64,000 nt of DNA, taken from Paraspadella gotoi (taxonomy: Eukaryota > Animalia > Chaetognatha). Positions 13,408 through 24,556 of this stretch are shown here, piece after piece. The stretch lies in contig CM119269.1 in the NCBI GenBank assembly GCA_051294375.1, positions 4,026,502-4,090,501 of the forward strand, read 5' to 3'. A model generated the notes under the pieces. It had not been told where the DNA came from, made no database searches, and saw nothing but the letters and a program-made list of their open reading frames with translations. How positions within the stretch are numbered: position 1 is the stretch's first letter; every line of letters begins with the position of its first letter. The position numbers and the translations under genes were made by a program.

Positions 13408-13558
13408 ATCGACCAAGATCCAAAGTCATTCTGGAGAGACGTTTCCGTGACGGATCCCGATTGTCATTTGCACAAAATCAGCTGCATTCTGGAGCCAGAT
13501 GGCAGCTCAGACCGACAAGTAGCTCAGCGATCAGAGGCAGAACAAAGGAGCATTCAGG
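13408..13558 (+). CDS. MSP-domain exon 4 (IDQDPKSFWRDVSVTDPDCHLHKISCILEPDG...)
   Basis: TAACAG| / |GTAATC, phase 0-1; aligns by eye to VAP MSP C-terminus DMEAVWKEAKP..LMDSKLRCVFE. Confidence 0.8.
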
Positions 13559-13647
13559 GTAATCGGAACAGAAAGTTTTACGAATTTGTTCCCACGGTTG
13601 ATTGGTTGGTGTATTGATTCATTGTTTAATGGTTCATACGACTTTAG

Positions 13648-13707
13648 GTCAAATAACGACTGATATTTCGACGGCTGACGTCGGGATCAAAAAGAGCGAA
13701 ATAAAAG
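13648..13707 (+). CDS. Small exon 5 of giant MSP-domain protein (GQITTDISTADVGIKKSEIK)
   Basis: CTTTAG| / |GTTAGG, 60 bp phase 1-1, keeps frame between 13558 and 13808. Confidence 0.65.
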
Positions 13708-13807
13708 GTTAGGCTCTCCTCAGATTTTATGGTTCAAATTAAGCAAGAATAAACACAGATACTTTGTAATCCTCTAATCGGCTCTATCATCTCTTCCATC
13801 CCCATAG

Positions 13808-15672
13808 CAACGACCTCTCTCCTCTCCGAGGCACGCCCCGCCTCGATTCCGGTCCCAATTCCGGTCTGCGTCTCGATATCTAAATCTTCCATCGAATTTC
13901 CGGCGTCCATTTCCATCGCAACGCCGGGCGCCGGCTCATCGGCGTCTTCGTCTTTCACGGCGTCGTTCGAAGCGACCTCGCCGACGGCGCCGTCGCGCGG
14001 AAAACCGACGACGACGACGAAAACGACGACGACGACGACGAAATTGGACACGGGATTCTCTCGAGACGAGACGACCTTCGCCGAGAAGCGAGACGAATCC
14101 TCCGCCTCGACCAAGTTGATGACGCAGACCGCGCCGGGAGTCTTCCAGGAAATTCAAGGCCCAGAGATTTCCGGCGTCGGGGCTCCAGGGGTCGACGGGA
14201 CGGAATCCGTCGCCGCTACAGCCGCCGCCATCGCCGCCGCCGTGACCGCCGCTTCCGAAGACCGCGCGATTAACGACGACAACGGCGTCGTTTCCACCAA
14301 ACGCGCGGGCGACGCCGAGATGGAAAAGTTGTTCGATTCCGGCATCGCGGATCTCCTTCGCTCTACCTCCTCTTCCGCCGCCGAAGAAGATCGAGAGATC
14401 GAGAAGAAGCAACGTCATCTCATCTCTCAATTCCTCGCTTCTCCTCAGGCTGCGTTTGTCGACGACGACGATGAAGAAGACGACGCCGGGCGCCGGCGCG
14501 CGGTCGAGGAGGCCCGCGTGGATGCGACCGAAGACGGCGCCGTCTCGACGCAGAGATCTTCGATGACGTTCGAGGCGTCGGACCGTCGATCCTTCAAAAC
14601 AGAAGAGGACGCCGACGCCTCCGTCTCTTCCTTTAGCGTCGCCGACGCGAGGACGACGACGACGACGATTAAGTTGGACGCCGCCGCCGTCAAAGAGTTG
14701 GAGGCGAGAGTTAGAGGAGAGACGGAGACAACGGCGATGGCACCGGAAGTTCAGGCGTCGATCGCGACGACACAGGCGGCGTCGACAGACCTTGGCGTCG
14801 GGCAAGTGAAAATAGAAGCAGCGCCGGGAAAACCGGAATCGGCGTTGGTCGAAACGATGCCAGATGCGGCGCCGATGAAGACGCCGCGGCGACGAAGGAC
14901 TGAAGAGATCAAAGAGGATGCGATAGCAGAGGCGACGATGGCTTCCAGCGCCGCCGGAACAGTCGCAGCGGCCGCCGCTGCCGTTTCAATCGCTGCCGTC
15001 ACCGGGGCTTCTTTAGAGAAAACTACGCCGCCTTCTGTGGACACAGCGGCGCCGCCAAAGCCTCCTAAGCGTCAACACTCGTTTACGCAGGAGTTTAAGA
15101 AAAAAGATTCAGAGGCAGAAATACTGGAGCAGCTTCAACAGGGTCAGCGCGGAGAGGAGTCCCACAGTCAGCAGGGAACAGATCCGCAGCTCCCTAAGGA
15201 TCAACTGGATCAACTTGCTAGCCAGGTGTCGAGTGAAATTACGGTAGAACAACTACAGCTGCATCAGCAGCAACCTGGATCTCCAATGGCAATAGCGCAG
15301 GGATTGGAGTTAAGAGAGCTCATCATGAAAATACCAGTGGAGGAATTGGCTGCAAAAGAGCTGGAATTGCCTGTGGCGGTAAAGCCATGCGACGAAGATG
15401 CGGTGGAGCGAGTGACGCAAATTGAAGTAGTACAGTCCCTAAAGCGGACGCCAACCCCGTCCTTGGAGCAATTACCCACAATGAAGGAGGAGATTGTGGC
15501 AATAGATGAGGTAAAGGAAGCAGCCGCTGCTGAAGAGCTTAACGAAATCATTGAGAAAAAAGAACTCTTGGGTGAAATTGAGCACAAGATTGTTATGGAG
15601 CAGACTGAAGTAGTTGTCAAGAAAGAACCTCGAGTTCAGATTGAGCAGAAGATTGTAGAGCAGACTGAAGTG
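13808..15672 (+). CDS. Long A/T/S/E-rich exon 6 (~620 aa) ending in the 20-aa repeat
   Basis: CCATAG| acceptor phase 1; frame open continuously through ORF 14044-15675; the apparent TAA at 15673 falls at a block junction in mid-repeat. Confidence 0.85.
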
Positions 15673-15742
15673 TAAAAAACTGTGGTTTTTTATTTTTTAT
15701 CAATAACAGGTACTTTTAAAAGGGAAGAGTGGAGAAGAGAGA

Positions 15743-15799
<57 letters not shown>

Positions 15800-15943
15800 A
15801 GAGAGAGAGAGAGAGAGAGAGAGAAAGGGAGTTGGGGCACGGATAACCGAAAAGCTGCTCTCCTACTATTCGACCCCAGAAGTCCTTGAATCGGAGAAGA
15901 GGGAGAAAAAAAAATCTTTCGACCACAGACTTTTATATGGCTA

Positions 15944-17047
15944 TACTCAGAATGCCTCGTCATCAGCGCAGCCGTCCGGGAGCAGCCGCGCGGGGACGGG
16001 CAGAGCGGCTGCTCCTGCCTTGCGACTTACGTTCGGCTAGGCTCTTCTTACTCCTCTTCCTCTTCCTTCTCCTTATCTCGCCGGAATCCGGCGCGCGAAC
16101 TGGCAAAGTCGATCGCGATCGGAGCTGCAGCGCGCGAACTTACTCTTTTCTTCTCTCTTAACCCTTGTCAACCAGGCCGAGTCTGCTTCGTCTCTGCTCC
16201 GAGCGGTTCGATTATTGGGTTCGCGCCGGATCCGGGAGTCTTGTTTTTGAAAAAAAGAAAGAAAAAAAGAAAGAAAGAAAAAACGAAAGAAAGAAAGAAA
16301 AGAAGAAAAGAATGAAAAAAATATACAAAATGAACAATAAATAAACCAATGAACAAAAAAAATAAATAAGGAAAGTATACAGAAAACGGGGGAAATTATG
16401 AAGGAATATTTAACAGAAAATTAAAATAACGAGTGAAAAAATTTCTATATTGTTCCTTTTTTTAATTTTAAGATTTTGAGCTAAAATTAATAATATACTG
16501 AAAAAGATATAAATCTAACAATAATGATTTAAATATTGCTGAAAACAAAATTGAAAATATGATAAAAGATAAATTGATCGCAAAATAAGATTATATATAT
16601 ATTATTGCATTTTTGTTACGGGCGAGGACATATGAAGAGTAAATAGTAGCAAAAATTTTTAAATCCAAGTAGAAATAAAAATTCGAGCTTGCACCTGTGA
16701 ATATTCTCGTAAATAAAAAAAAAAATTGTATTTTCAATTTTAAAAATAATAGGTTGAAAAAAAAATACTGATAAGTAATTGCTAAATAATTGCTAAAGAT
16801 AGAAAATAGGAAGAGTGGAGACGGCAAGAGCAAGAGAGAGCAAGAGAGAGTGTGAAGAGAGAGAGAGAGAGATCGCGGCCCCAGATTCCGCTCGGACTTC
16901 GACCGGAAGAAGGCCCGACTCACCATCGAGAGAGAGAAAATCTCCCCCCGACCGAGCGGAAAGAACGGCCCGGAAGGAGAAGTGAGTCGGTGCGCAGCCG
17001 GCGCGCCGCTGCTCCGGCTGGACGGCCTGCGTCCGGAGAGCTGAGTA
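15944..17047. mobile_element. ~1.1 kb non-autonomous TIR element (MITE-like) in intron 1 of the MSP gene
   Basis: Left TACTCAG...GCGCAGCCGTCCGGGAGCAGCCGCGCG; right end reverse complement TACTCAG...ACGCAGGCCGTCCAGCCGGAGCAGCGGCGCG; AT-rich core; absent from the second copy of this intron near 20260. Confidence 0.6.
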
Positions 17048-17102
17048 ATATTCGATTTTAAAACATTCGAGAGAGAGAGAAAGGGAGGAGAGAGAGGAGA
17101 GA

Positions 17103-17144
<42 letters not shown>

Positions 17145-17254
17145 AGAGACCTTTGAATAAAATTGTGATGACGTTGAAAAAAAAATGAAGGGGAAATGAG
17201 GAAACGAGATCCAGTGACGATCGTTAAAGTCCTTCTCCTATCTTTTGTTACAAG

Positions 17255-17353
17255 GGATATTCACATAAAAAACATCGGGACACACCAATTGACCTATAAA
17301 CAACTACGTACGAACGGTTTACGAGCGATAACAAACGCGAAACGTCACAACGG
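17255..17353 (+). CDS. MSP-domain exon 2 (error-containing; consensus approx. RDIHIKNIGTHxLTYKLRTTVYERYNAKPHTG)
   Basis: Consensus of this copy and 20458-20554; aligns to VAP [30 protein letters not shown]; phases 2 and 1 fit exons 1 and 3. Confidence 0.7.
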
Positions 17354-17682
17354 GTCGTTTTGAGATTTAAACTTACTTTAAATCAGTACATGTTAGGGAA
17401 GACGATGAAAATTTAAATGCAATGCGGAGAGCGGGGAGGGTAGGGCAATGAGCGACATCTTCCGTCTATTCATTTACTTACATTTTACTTAAATCTTCAG
17501 GCATCCTCGCTCCGGAACAGTCGGCCGTCATCGAGGTTTACCTCAAAAGTTTTGTTTATGAACGCCGCGACGGAACCATAGAACACGCCCTCTTGATAAG
17601 ATGGGTGGAAAAAAGAGGGGAGGGTAGGGCAATGAGCGACATCTTCCGTCTATCATTTACTTACATTTTACTTAAATCTCAG

Positions 17683-17795
17683 GCATCCTCGCTCCGGAAC
17701 AGTCGGCCGTCATCGAGGTTTACCTCAAAAGTTTTGTTTATGACGCCGCGACGGAACCAGAACACGCCCTCTTGATAAGATGGGTGGAAAAAGAG
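17683..17795 (+). CDS. MSP-domain exon 3 (GILAPEQSAVIEVYLKSFVYDAATEPEHALLIRWVEKE)
   Basis: TCTCAG| / |GTGACT; aligns to VAP [33 protein letters not shown]; an error-containing duplicate sits at ~17501-17617. Confidence 0.85.
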
Positions 17796-18572
17796 GTGAC
17801 TGTTTATGTNNNNNNNNNNAATGAATGGCCAGTTCTTTCTCGCAGCCGATAACGCTCGTTAGATTTCATAAAATTTCAATTAATTTAAACAAAAAAATTA
17901 AAGAGAAAATTGTTGTGGACCCAAATATATAATATGTTTGTAAATATAATCTGCTTCGTTAGTGACAATATATTTAGCATGATGAGCCTAATCATAATTA
18001 TCATAATCATCAGCATCATCATCATCATCATCATTAACATCATCATCATCATCATCATCCATAAACCAATAACAACAACTACAACAACAACACATTTTTT
18101 CAATCAGCGCGCTTTCTCTCTTCTACCACTGGCCGCTCCGACCTCTGTAGATGGGGGGAGGTTAGTGGGGGAGGAGCTCAGCGGTTGCTTCATCCCTCTT
18201 CGACATCATAACTGGCTTAACCGGGCTCGCGGAAAACCAGCTAGCCTCATAAAATGTTGGGTTTTTTTTTTCCTTCAATAAAAATACGTCATATTTAAAA
18301 CGTGGGCTTTTTTATTATTTATTTCCGCTGCCCACACTTATTTGCCCACGAAATTTCTTCTTTTTTTTCTTCACGAAAGAAGGATTCGAAATCTCACACA
18401 ATTTTATATTTCAATCTACTGACGTATTTTTGTTTTTTAAAAATAAGCGATCGGATGTAAATATAAACAAGTATATATTTTTATATCGCTTCTACATTTA
18501 CACACACGTATACATATATATATATATTTGGCGTATTTGTTATCCGCTGATGCGAAATTAGCGAAGCCGAAG

Positions 18573-18640
18573 ATGCCGCTTCAAGTGACGCCGGCGGAGA
18601 CGGTCGCCTTTCCCGCGCCGTATAACGTCAAGAAGAGACG
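18573..18640 (+). CDS. MSP-domain exon 1 (MPLQVTPAETVAFPAPYNVKKR)
   Basis: ATG start, canonical |GTGAGT donor, phase 2; matches MSP N-terminal pattern L-x-(V/L)-x-P...(L/V)-x-F-x-x-P-(F/Y). Confidence 0.85.
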
Positions 18641-18934
18641 GTGAGTTTGATGTGGGTGAGGCTGTTTCAGACAGGTGCAGTAATTAAAATTGAAGAAAAA
18701 CTAATTAAATAAATTACTAAATACTAGTAAGCTTTTCGACTTTTTGATAAAAATGGCGAAGTGAAGAATGAAAGTCGCGGAAAGAACTTTCTTTTATTTA
18801 AACACTACTTACAAATAACATTGATTGAACGATTACTGTCAAANNNNNNNNNNNNNNNNNNNNNNNNNGGGAAGAGAGCAAGCAAGCGAAATTTGAAAGC
18901 AGCACCTGGCGAAGAAAAAAAAAAGATTTTGTAA

Positions 18935-20658
18935 GTGACAATGAAGCCATTCTTTCTTGCCGCAACGGATAACGCTCGTTAGATTTCATAAATATTTCAA
19001 TTATTTAAAACAAAAAATCTTAAGAAAAATTGTGTGGACCCAAATATATAATATGTTTGTAAATATAATCTCTTCGTTAGTGACAATATATTTAGCATGA
19101 TGAGCCAATCATAATTATCATAATCAGCATTCATCATCATCCATCATCATCATTAACATCATCATCAATCATCATCCATTAAACCAATAACAACAACTAC
19201 AACAACAAACACATTTTTCAATCAGCGCGCTTTCTCTCTCCTAGCCACTGGCCCTCCGACCTCTGTAAAGGGAGTGTTACTGGGGCAGAAGCTCAGTCGT
19301 TTGCTCATCCCCTCTCGACATCCATAACTGCTTAAACGGCCCGCGGAAAACCACTAGCCTCACTAAAATGCTTGGGATTTTTTTTTTCCATTCAATTTAA
19401 AAATAGCGTCATATTTAAACGGGGCTTTCTTTAATATTTATTCCGCTGCCCAACTTATCTTGCCCACGAAATTCTTCTTTTTTCTTCACGAAAAAGGAAT
19501 TCGAAATCTCCACACAAATTTAATTCGATCTACGACGTGATTTTTTATAAAAATAAGCGATCGGATGTATAATAAACAGTATATTACTTTTTATATCTGC
19601 TTTCACATTTACACACACGGTCCTACTACACTATATATATATTTGGTTATTTGATATCCGCTGATGCGAAGATTAGTCGAAAAGCCGAAGATTGCCGCTT
19701 CACAGTGACGCCGGCAGGAGACGGCCTCGCCTTTCCGCGCGCCGAATATAACGGTCAAGAAGAGAACGGTGAGTTTGATGTGGGCGTGAAGGGCTGTATT
19801 CTCAGACAGTGCCAGTAATTAAAATGCAGGAAAACTAATTAAATAAATATTAACTAAAATACAAGGTAAGAGCTTTTTTCCACCTTTCTTGATAAAAAAT
19901 GTCGGCAAGTGAAGAAATGAACAGGTCGCGCGAAAGAACTTTCTTTTATTTAAACACTACTACCAAAAAACAAAACTTTAAAAAGACCATTGAAATGAAC
20001 GAATTACTGTCAAAAAAAAAACTGTGCGTTTTTTATTTATCAGATAAAGTTTTAAAAGGAAGAGTGGAGAAGAGAGAGAGAGATGAAGAGCAGACGAGAC
20101 GCAGAGAGGAGAGGAGAGGGAAGGAAGAGAGAGGATGAGAGAAAGGCTGGACAGTTGGGGCAGGACTAACCGAAAAGCTGCCTCTCCTCATAACATCGAC
20201 CAGAAGTCCTTGAAGCGGCAGACAGAGGGAGAAAAAAAAATCTTCGACCCAGATTTATATCTCTCTCGCGAATTTTAAAATTCGAGAGAGAGAGAGCGAG
20301 AGAGAGATGAGATGAGAGAGAGGGAGAGATGAGAGAGCAGAGAGAGAAGAGCGGAGACCTTTGAATAAGAATTGTGATTACGTGAAAAAAATGAAGGGGA
20401 AATGAGAGAAACGAGATCAGTGACGATCGTTAACGTCCTTCTCCCTTCTTTGTTAAGGGATATTCACATAAAAAAACATCGGGTACTACACGATTGAACC
20501 TATTAAACTTACGTACGACCGGTTTACGAGCGATACAACGCGAAACTTCACACGGTTATGTTTTGAGATATTAAAAGTTTACTTTAAAGTGTACATGTAG
20601 GGAGGACATGAAAATTTGAAGCAATGCGGAGAATTGGGGAGGGTAGGGAATGAGCGAA
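18935..20658 (+). repeat. Indel-rich duplicate of MSP gene 5' region (17820-18843, 15673-15940, 17050-17460)
   Basis: Colinear copy showing exon 1 (~19690-19768), intron, exon 2 (~20458-20554) in normal order; looks like raw long-read gap fill or other haplotype. Confidence 0.85.
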
Positions 20659-20747
20659 TCACTCCGGTTCGAGTCTCCTTCCGCCCAAGACCCGACGATA
20701 GTTTGGGCTGCAGAGACTTTGGCTTTTGCGGCGCCACCAAGTATCAG
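20659..20747 (+). CDS. Exon fragment, second discoidin-like domain (TPVRVSFRPRPDDSLGCRDFGFCGATKYQ)
   Basis: Donor CAG|GTTGGG phase 0, joins 21273; 5' end cut at block junction. Confidence 0.6.
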
Positions 20748-21272
20748 GTTGGGGGGGGAGGGAGGAAGATCGACGTCGTGAATAATAAGGAGCAATAATA
20801 ATAGCAATAGCAATAGCAATAGCAATAGCATTAGCAACCGTTACTAAAACAAAATCAAAACAGGATCAAAAAAGTTTAAACTTGCTAAGTTTCGTCCACG
20901 TCATGGGGATTGGTCAGTTTAATATCTGGGGATTAAGCGTTAAGTTACTGAAAACTGTACTGTCAGTAACTTCCTTATCCAAATCGCCAGCAATNNNNNN
21001 NNNNAACTGTACTGTCAGTAACTTCTTTATCCAAATCGCCAGCAATTGAACGTTTGCTTAGCTTGCAATCACGTTTGGGGGACGCGACGGTCCTCCTGCC
21101 ATCCCTGTTGGGTCATGGTCACAATGAACCACGTGAGAGGGAACGGTGTCTAATACTGTCTATAGACGGGGAGAACCTGGGAAATGGCCCATACATATTT
21201 TTTTTTCGCTATGTAGTTAAAAAACTCTATTATTAGAGTTTTTAATATTTTAATACAACCCACATCCGGCAG

Positions 21273-21494
21273 ATTCTCGGCGCCGAGGCGGAACCCTGTG
21301 ACGAGACCGGCATCTGGGAAATCATCTGCGAGGACCTCTCCGGAACGCCCTTCCCCAGGAATACCCACTCCAAGTATTGCGAGATGGACGTCGACACGGC
21401 TTACCTCTGCATCGCCATCAGTGTCCTTGGCTCTCCCCATTTGGACTACCCGGCGGTGTCCTTGACGGGCGTCAGGATTTGGAAGAAGCCGTAG
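21273..21494 (+). CDS. Terminal exon of discoidin-like gene (ILGAEAEPCDETGIWEIICEDLSG...YLCIAISV...VSLTGVRIWKKP*)
   Basis: GGCAG| acceptor, 222 bp open frame to TAG; pattern fits C-terminal half of an F5/8-type-C beta-sandwich with extra Cys. Confidence 0.7.
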   Translation: MLGAEAEPCDETGIWEIICEDLSGTPFPRNTHSKYCEMDVDTAYLCIAISVLGSPHLDYPAVSLTGVRIWKKP

Positions 21495-21531
21495 GGAGAG
21501 AGAGAGAGAAAGAGAAAAAAAAAGAGAGAGT

Positions 21532-21587
<56 letters not shown>

Positions 21588-22353
21588 AAGAGTTTATTAT
21601 AAGAACTTAACATTAACAAAATAATAGTTTATTTTGTTTCGGCTGTGATGCAATTTCTATAAAAAGAAAAAGGAAAATTTATCAATTTTTTTTCGTTTTC
21701 TCTGCCAAGAAAAATATGTAAAGGGCGAAAAAAATAGTTCGTTACGAAGTTCGTTTTGAGATCATCCGAGTAAAATTGGATAAAATGAAAGATTCGCTAG
21801 TTAGTTAAAAGATTTTAAAGTTACCCAAATTAAGTGGTCACCGGATTATGGATTTATCGATTTTTACTTAAAATTTGTTAATTTTGATTAACGAGTGTTG
21901 TTTATTCATAGCTTATGTTCCAAGCGAATTTAATTTTTAGTTGCTTTTGAGTAACTTTTCGGTCGGTCCGTCTGTTGGTCTTTTCTTCTGACGTTTTAAA
22001 TAATCATAACTTGGTCAATGGTATATGAATTTAATTAATATTAAGGCGCTTAATCATATTAATATAAATCAAATATCGGTTCTACACCTTAAAACTTTCT
22101 GTTCTTGTTTTTTATCCTTGAATTTTTATTTTTTTTATTTTTCGTGAAATTTTTCGAATTTTGACGATTTTTTTTTTCTCGTCGATGATTCGCGTCACCT
22201 TGAAAGTTGTTCCGACATAACGCAGTTACGCATTGAAAATTTGCATAATGCCTCGAATAAAAATATTAATAGGAAATTAATGTCGACAAATGAGGCGATT
22301 AGCGCCTGGGCGTTGTTGCTTGGTAATGCGGGGGGGGGTTTCCCCGTCACTCT

Positions 22354-22409
<56 letters not shown>

Positions 22410-22465
22410 TCTCTCTCTTCTCTCTTTCTCTAACGCCCTGCCCCTTCTCGTCTTCCACCCCTCAG

Positions 22466-22762
22466 CTACTGCACAGCGGCCGAGACAAGACGGCCAAGTG
22501 CGAACCCATTTCACCCCTTCCCACGACCTCTGGTCAAATTCAAGACGCAGGGACCAGTCCTCCCTTGGAAGAGCACGGCGGCCGACGCGGTGAACCGCGT
22601 TTGGTACAAATTCGACGGACCCATCGCCGTCGCCCGGTTCGGGTTCGAAGCCGGCGACAACGCCAACCCGTCGCCGTCGGAATTCCGTCTCGTCGGTTCC
22701 AACGACGGCTCCTCGTGGACGACGGTGATGGACGTCGACGTCGCCGCCACCTCGGGAACAAT
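22466..22762 (+). CDS. F5/8 type C (discoidin-like) domain exon
   Basis: CCTCAG| / |GTGAGC; ...PWKSTAADAVNRVWYKFDGPIAVARFGFEAGDNANPSPSEFRLVGSNDGSSWTTVMD has the W...WY-F...P-x-x-F-x-L-x-GSNDG-x-x-WT signature. Confidence 0.85.
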
Positions 22763-23043
22763 GTGAGCATCGCTCTTTTGGGAAAGATTCCTTTCTTTGA
22801 TCGGTGAAGGTATGTGATACGGTCGAGAAAAAAAAATTGAAACGGAATTGGTGTGGCGTCCTCAGCGTGTTGTTGTTGACACATTGTCTCATTTGACATT
22901 TGGCATTCATATTTATATGGAAAGAGAAAAAGGTTTGTTCTACCTTTGTGAAATAAATCATCCTTATTATAGTTCCAATCGAGTTCTGAGTTCGGCGTGT
23001 CAAGAGATGAAGCCAACAATTTCTTAACGGCCGTGAAAATTTC

Positions 23044-23091
<48 letters not shown>

Positions 23092-23095
23092 TTTT

Positions 23096-23139
<44 letters not shown>

Positions 23140-23140
23140 G

Positions 23141-23175
<35 letters not shown>

Positions 23176-23325
23176 TATTTATTTATTTGTTTATTTCTAT
23201 GTATGTAATAGTATCCATATTTATTTTTTCTTTACTCTTTCTGTCTTTATAACGATTTAAAAAAAAACAAAACAAAACATACATTATTAGTCAAAAACTG
23301 CTAACGATTTTAAATAAAACAACAG

Positions 23326-23471
23326 ATTCAACCCCAATACTTACAAAGAGTGGACAACCACTGGTCCCGTGCGCTTTTTCTCGTATTGGGGCTTTGATTG
23401 CGACGCCCATAACGACGGCGGAGACCACTGTTGCATCCTTAAAGTGAAAATGTGGCAAACGGCCGCCATGA
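23326..23471 (+). CDS. Discoidin-like domain 1, C-terminal exon (IFNPNTYKEWTTTGPVRFFSYWGFDCDAHNDGGDHCCILKVKMWQTAAM)
   Basis: CAACAG| / |GTAAGT, phase 2-1, in frame with 22762. Confidence 0.8.
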
Positions 23472-23993
23472 GTAAGTCATTATTATCACCGTCACATTAA
23501 ATGACTATTGTTTATTCATCTACTGAAATACAGCGCTGCCTTAATTAGGGATTGCTCAGAGGTGCATACCACAGGGTACTTAAGACGCAGCGATACGCGC
23601 CCAATAATAAACTGTCGGTCGGTCGTCAGTCTGCCTGTCCCTATGCATTAAGAAAAGAGGAAGCTTAACATTGTTATCGGTAATAATTTAGGTAAAGACT
23701 AAATTTACTATTTCTTTAAGGTCTAACCATGTCGCATTAGTTCACATACCTCATTATGAAATTTGTACAAGCAATATAAAAATTATTATTATCAGTGAAA
23801 AAAATATCTATTAATATCTTGGTTCTTTGGGAAAAAAATAATTAGAAAGGTATTCAAAAGCTGTAACACACAATTTTTGTTTTATTGCTACGCAATAACT
23901 TGTTTTACAATGTTATTATTTTATTGGAAACAACTTTGGCTGGCCTAAGCCCCACCGCCATATTCTTCCCTATTTTCATTTTCTTCCCACGAG

Positions 23994-24268
23994 GCATGAA
24001 AGAAATCAAGTTTGACGAGTACGATACCTTCAAAGCTTCCTCCATCTATACGCCGGGAAGCACAAACGCCGCAAAAGCCGCCGTCGTCGCCGGAAGCCGG
24101 TAAAATCAATTCGTGTGACGGAACATATAATTAACAAAGTCTATAAATCAGTTATATTAATTAGTTATTAGTTATTGTTACTTATCTGAAATGTTCGACA
24201 CAACGTCGAAATTTTTTTTTTCAGACGCCACCGTGAAAGCGTGGTCAGCGGGTATAGGGCAGAAATCC
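23994..24268 (+). CDS. Start of discoidin-like domain 2: exons 23994-24099 (SMKEIKFDEYDTFKASSIYTPGSTNAAKAAV) and 24225-~24268 (ATVKAWSAGIGQK)
   Basis: ASS-x-Y...A-x-KA...AW-S-A is the F5/8C N-terminal pattern; one-base phase discrepancy between the two exons, probably read error. Confidence 0.6.
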
Positions 24269-24292
24269 TGAGGGGAGAAAGATAAAGAGAAT

Positions 24293-24334
<42 letters not shown>

Positions 24335-24556
24335 AGAGAAGAGGAAGAAAGTACATAAAGCGCTTTAGTGAAAATCGCCTAAAAATCGGTAAGAAAACTA
24401 CTCTTTAAAACTGATCGGGAGATGTCCTCAAACTCCGGGCATCACACATTTCTCCGCGTTGCCATAACTGCATTATTTAAAAATTTATAGCAGTTGCTTT
24501 TAAAAATTCAAAATATTTATATATGAAGATAGCGAAATACTTGGTTCCCTTTTTAT

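Noticed and set aside
13734-14805. Minus-strand ORFs of 126 and 289 aa
   Set aside because: Antisense shadows of the GC-rich + strand exon.
17430-17620. Tandem duplication of MSP exon 3
   Set aside because: First copy has indels and abuts the clean copy next to a gap; typical gap-fill overlap, as at 10744-10838 and 20954-21045.
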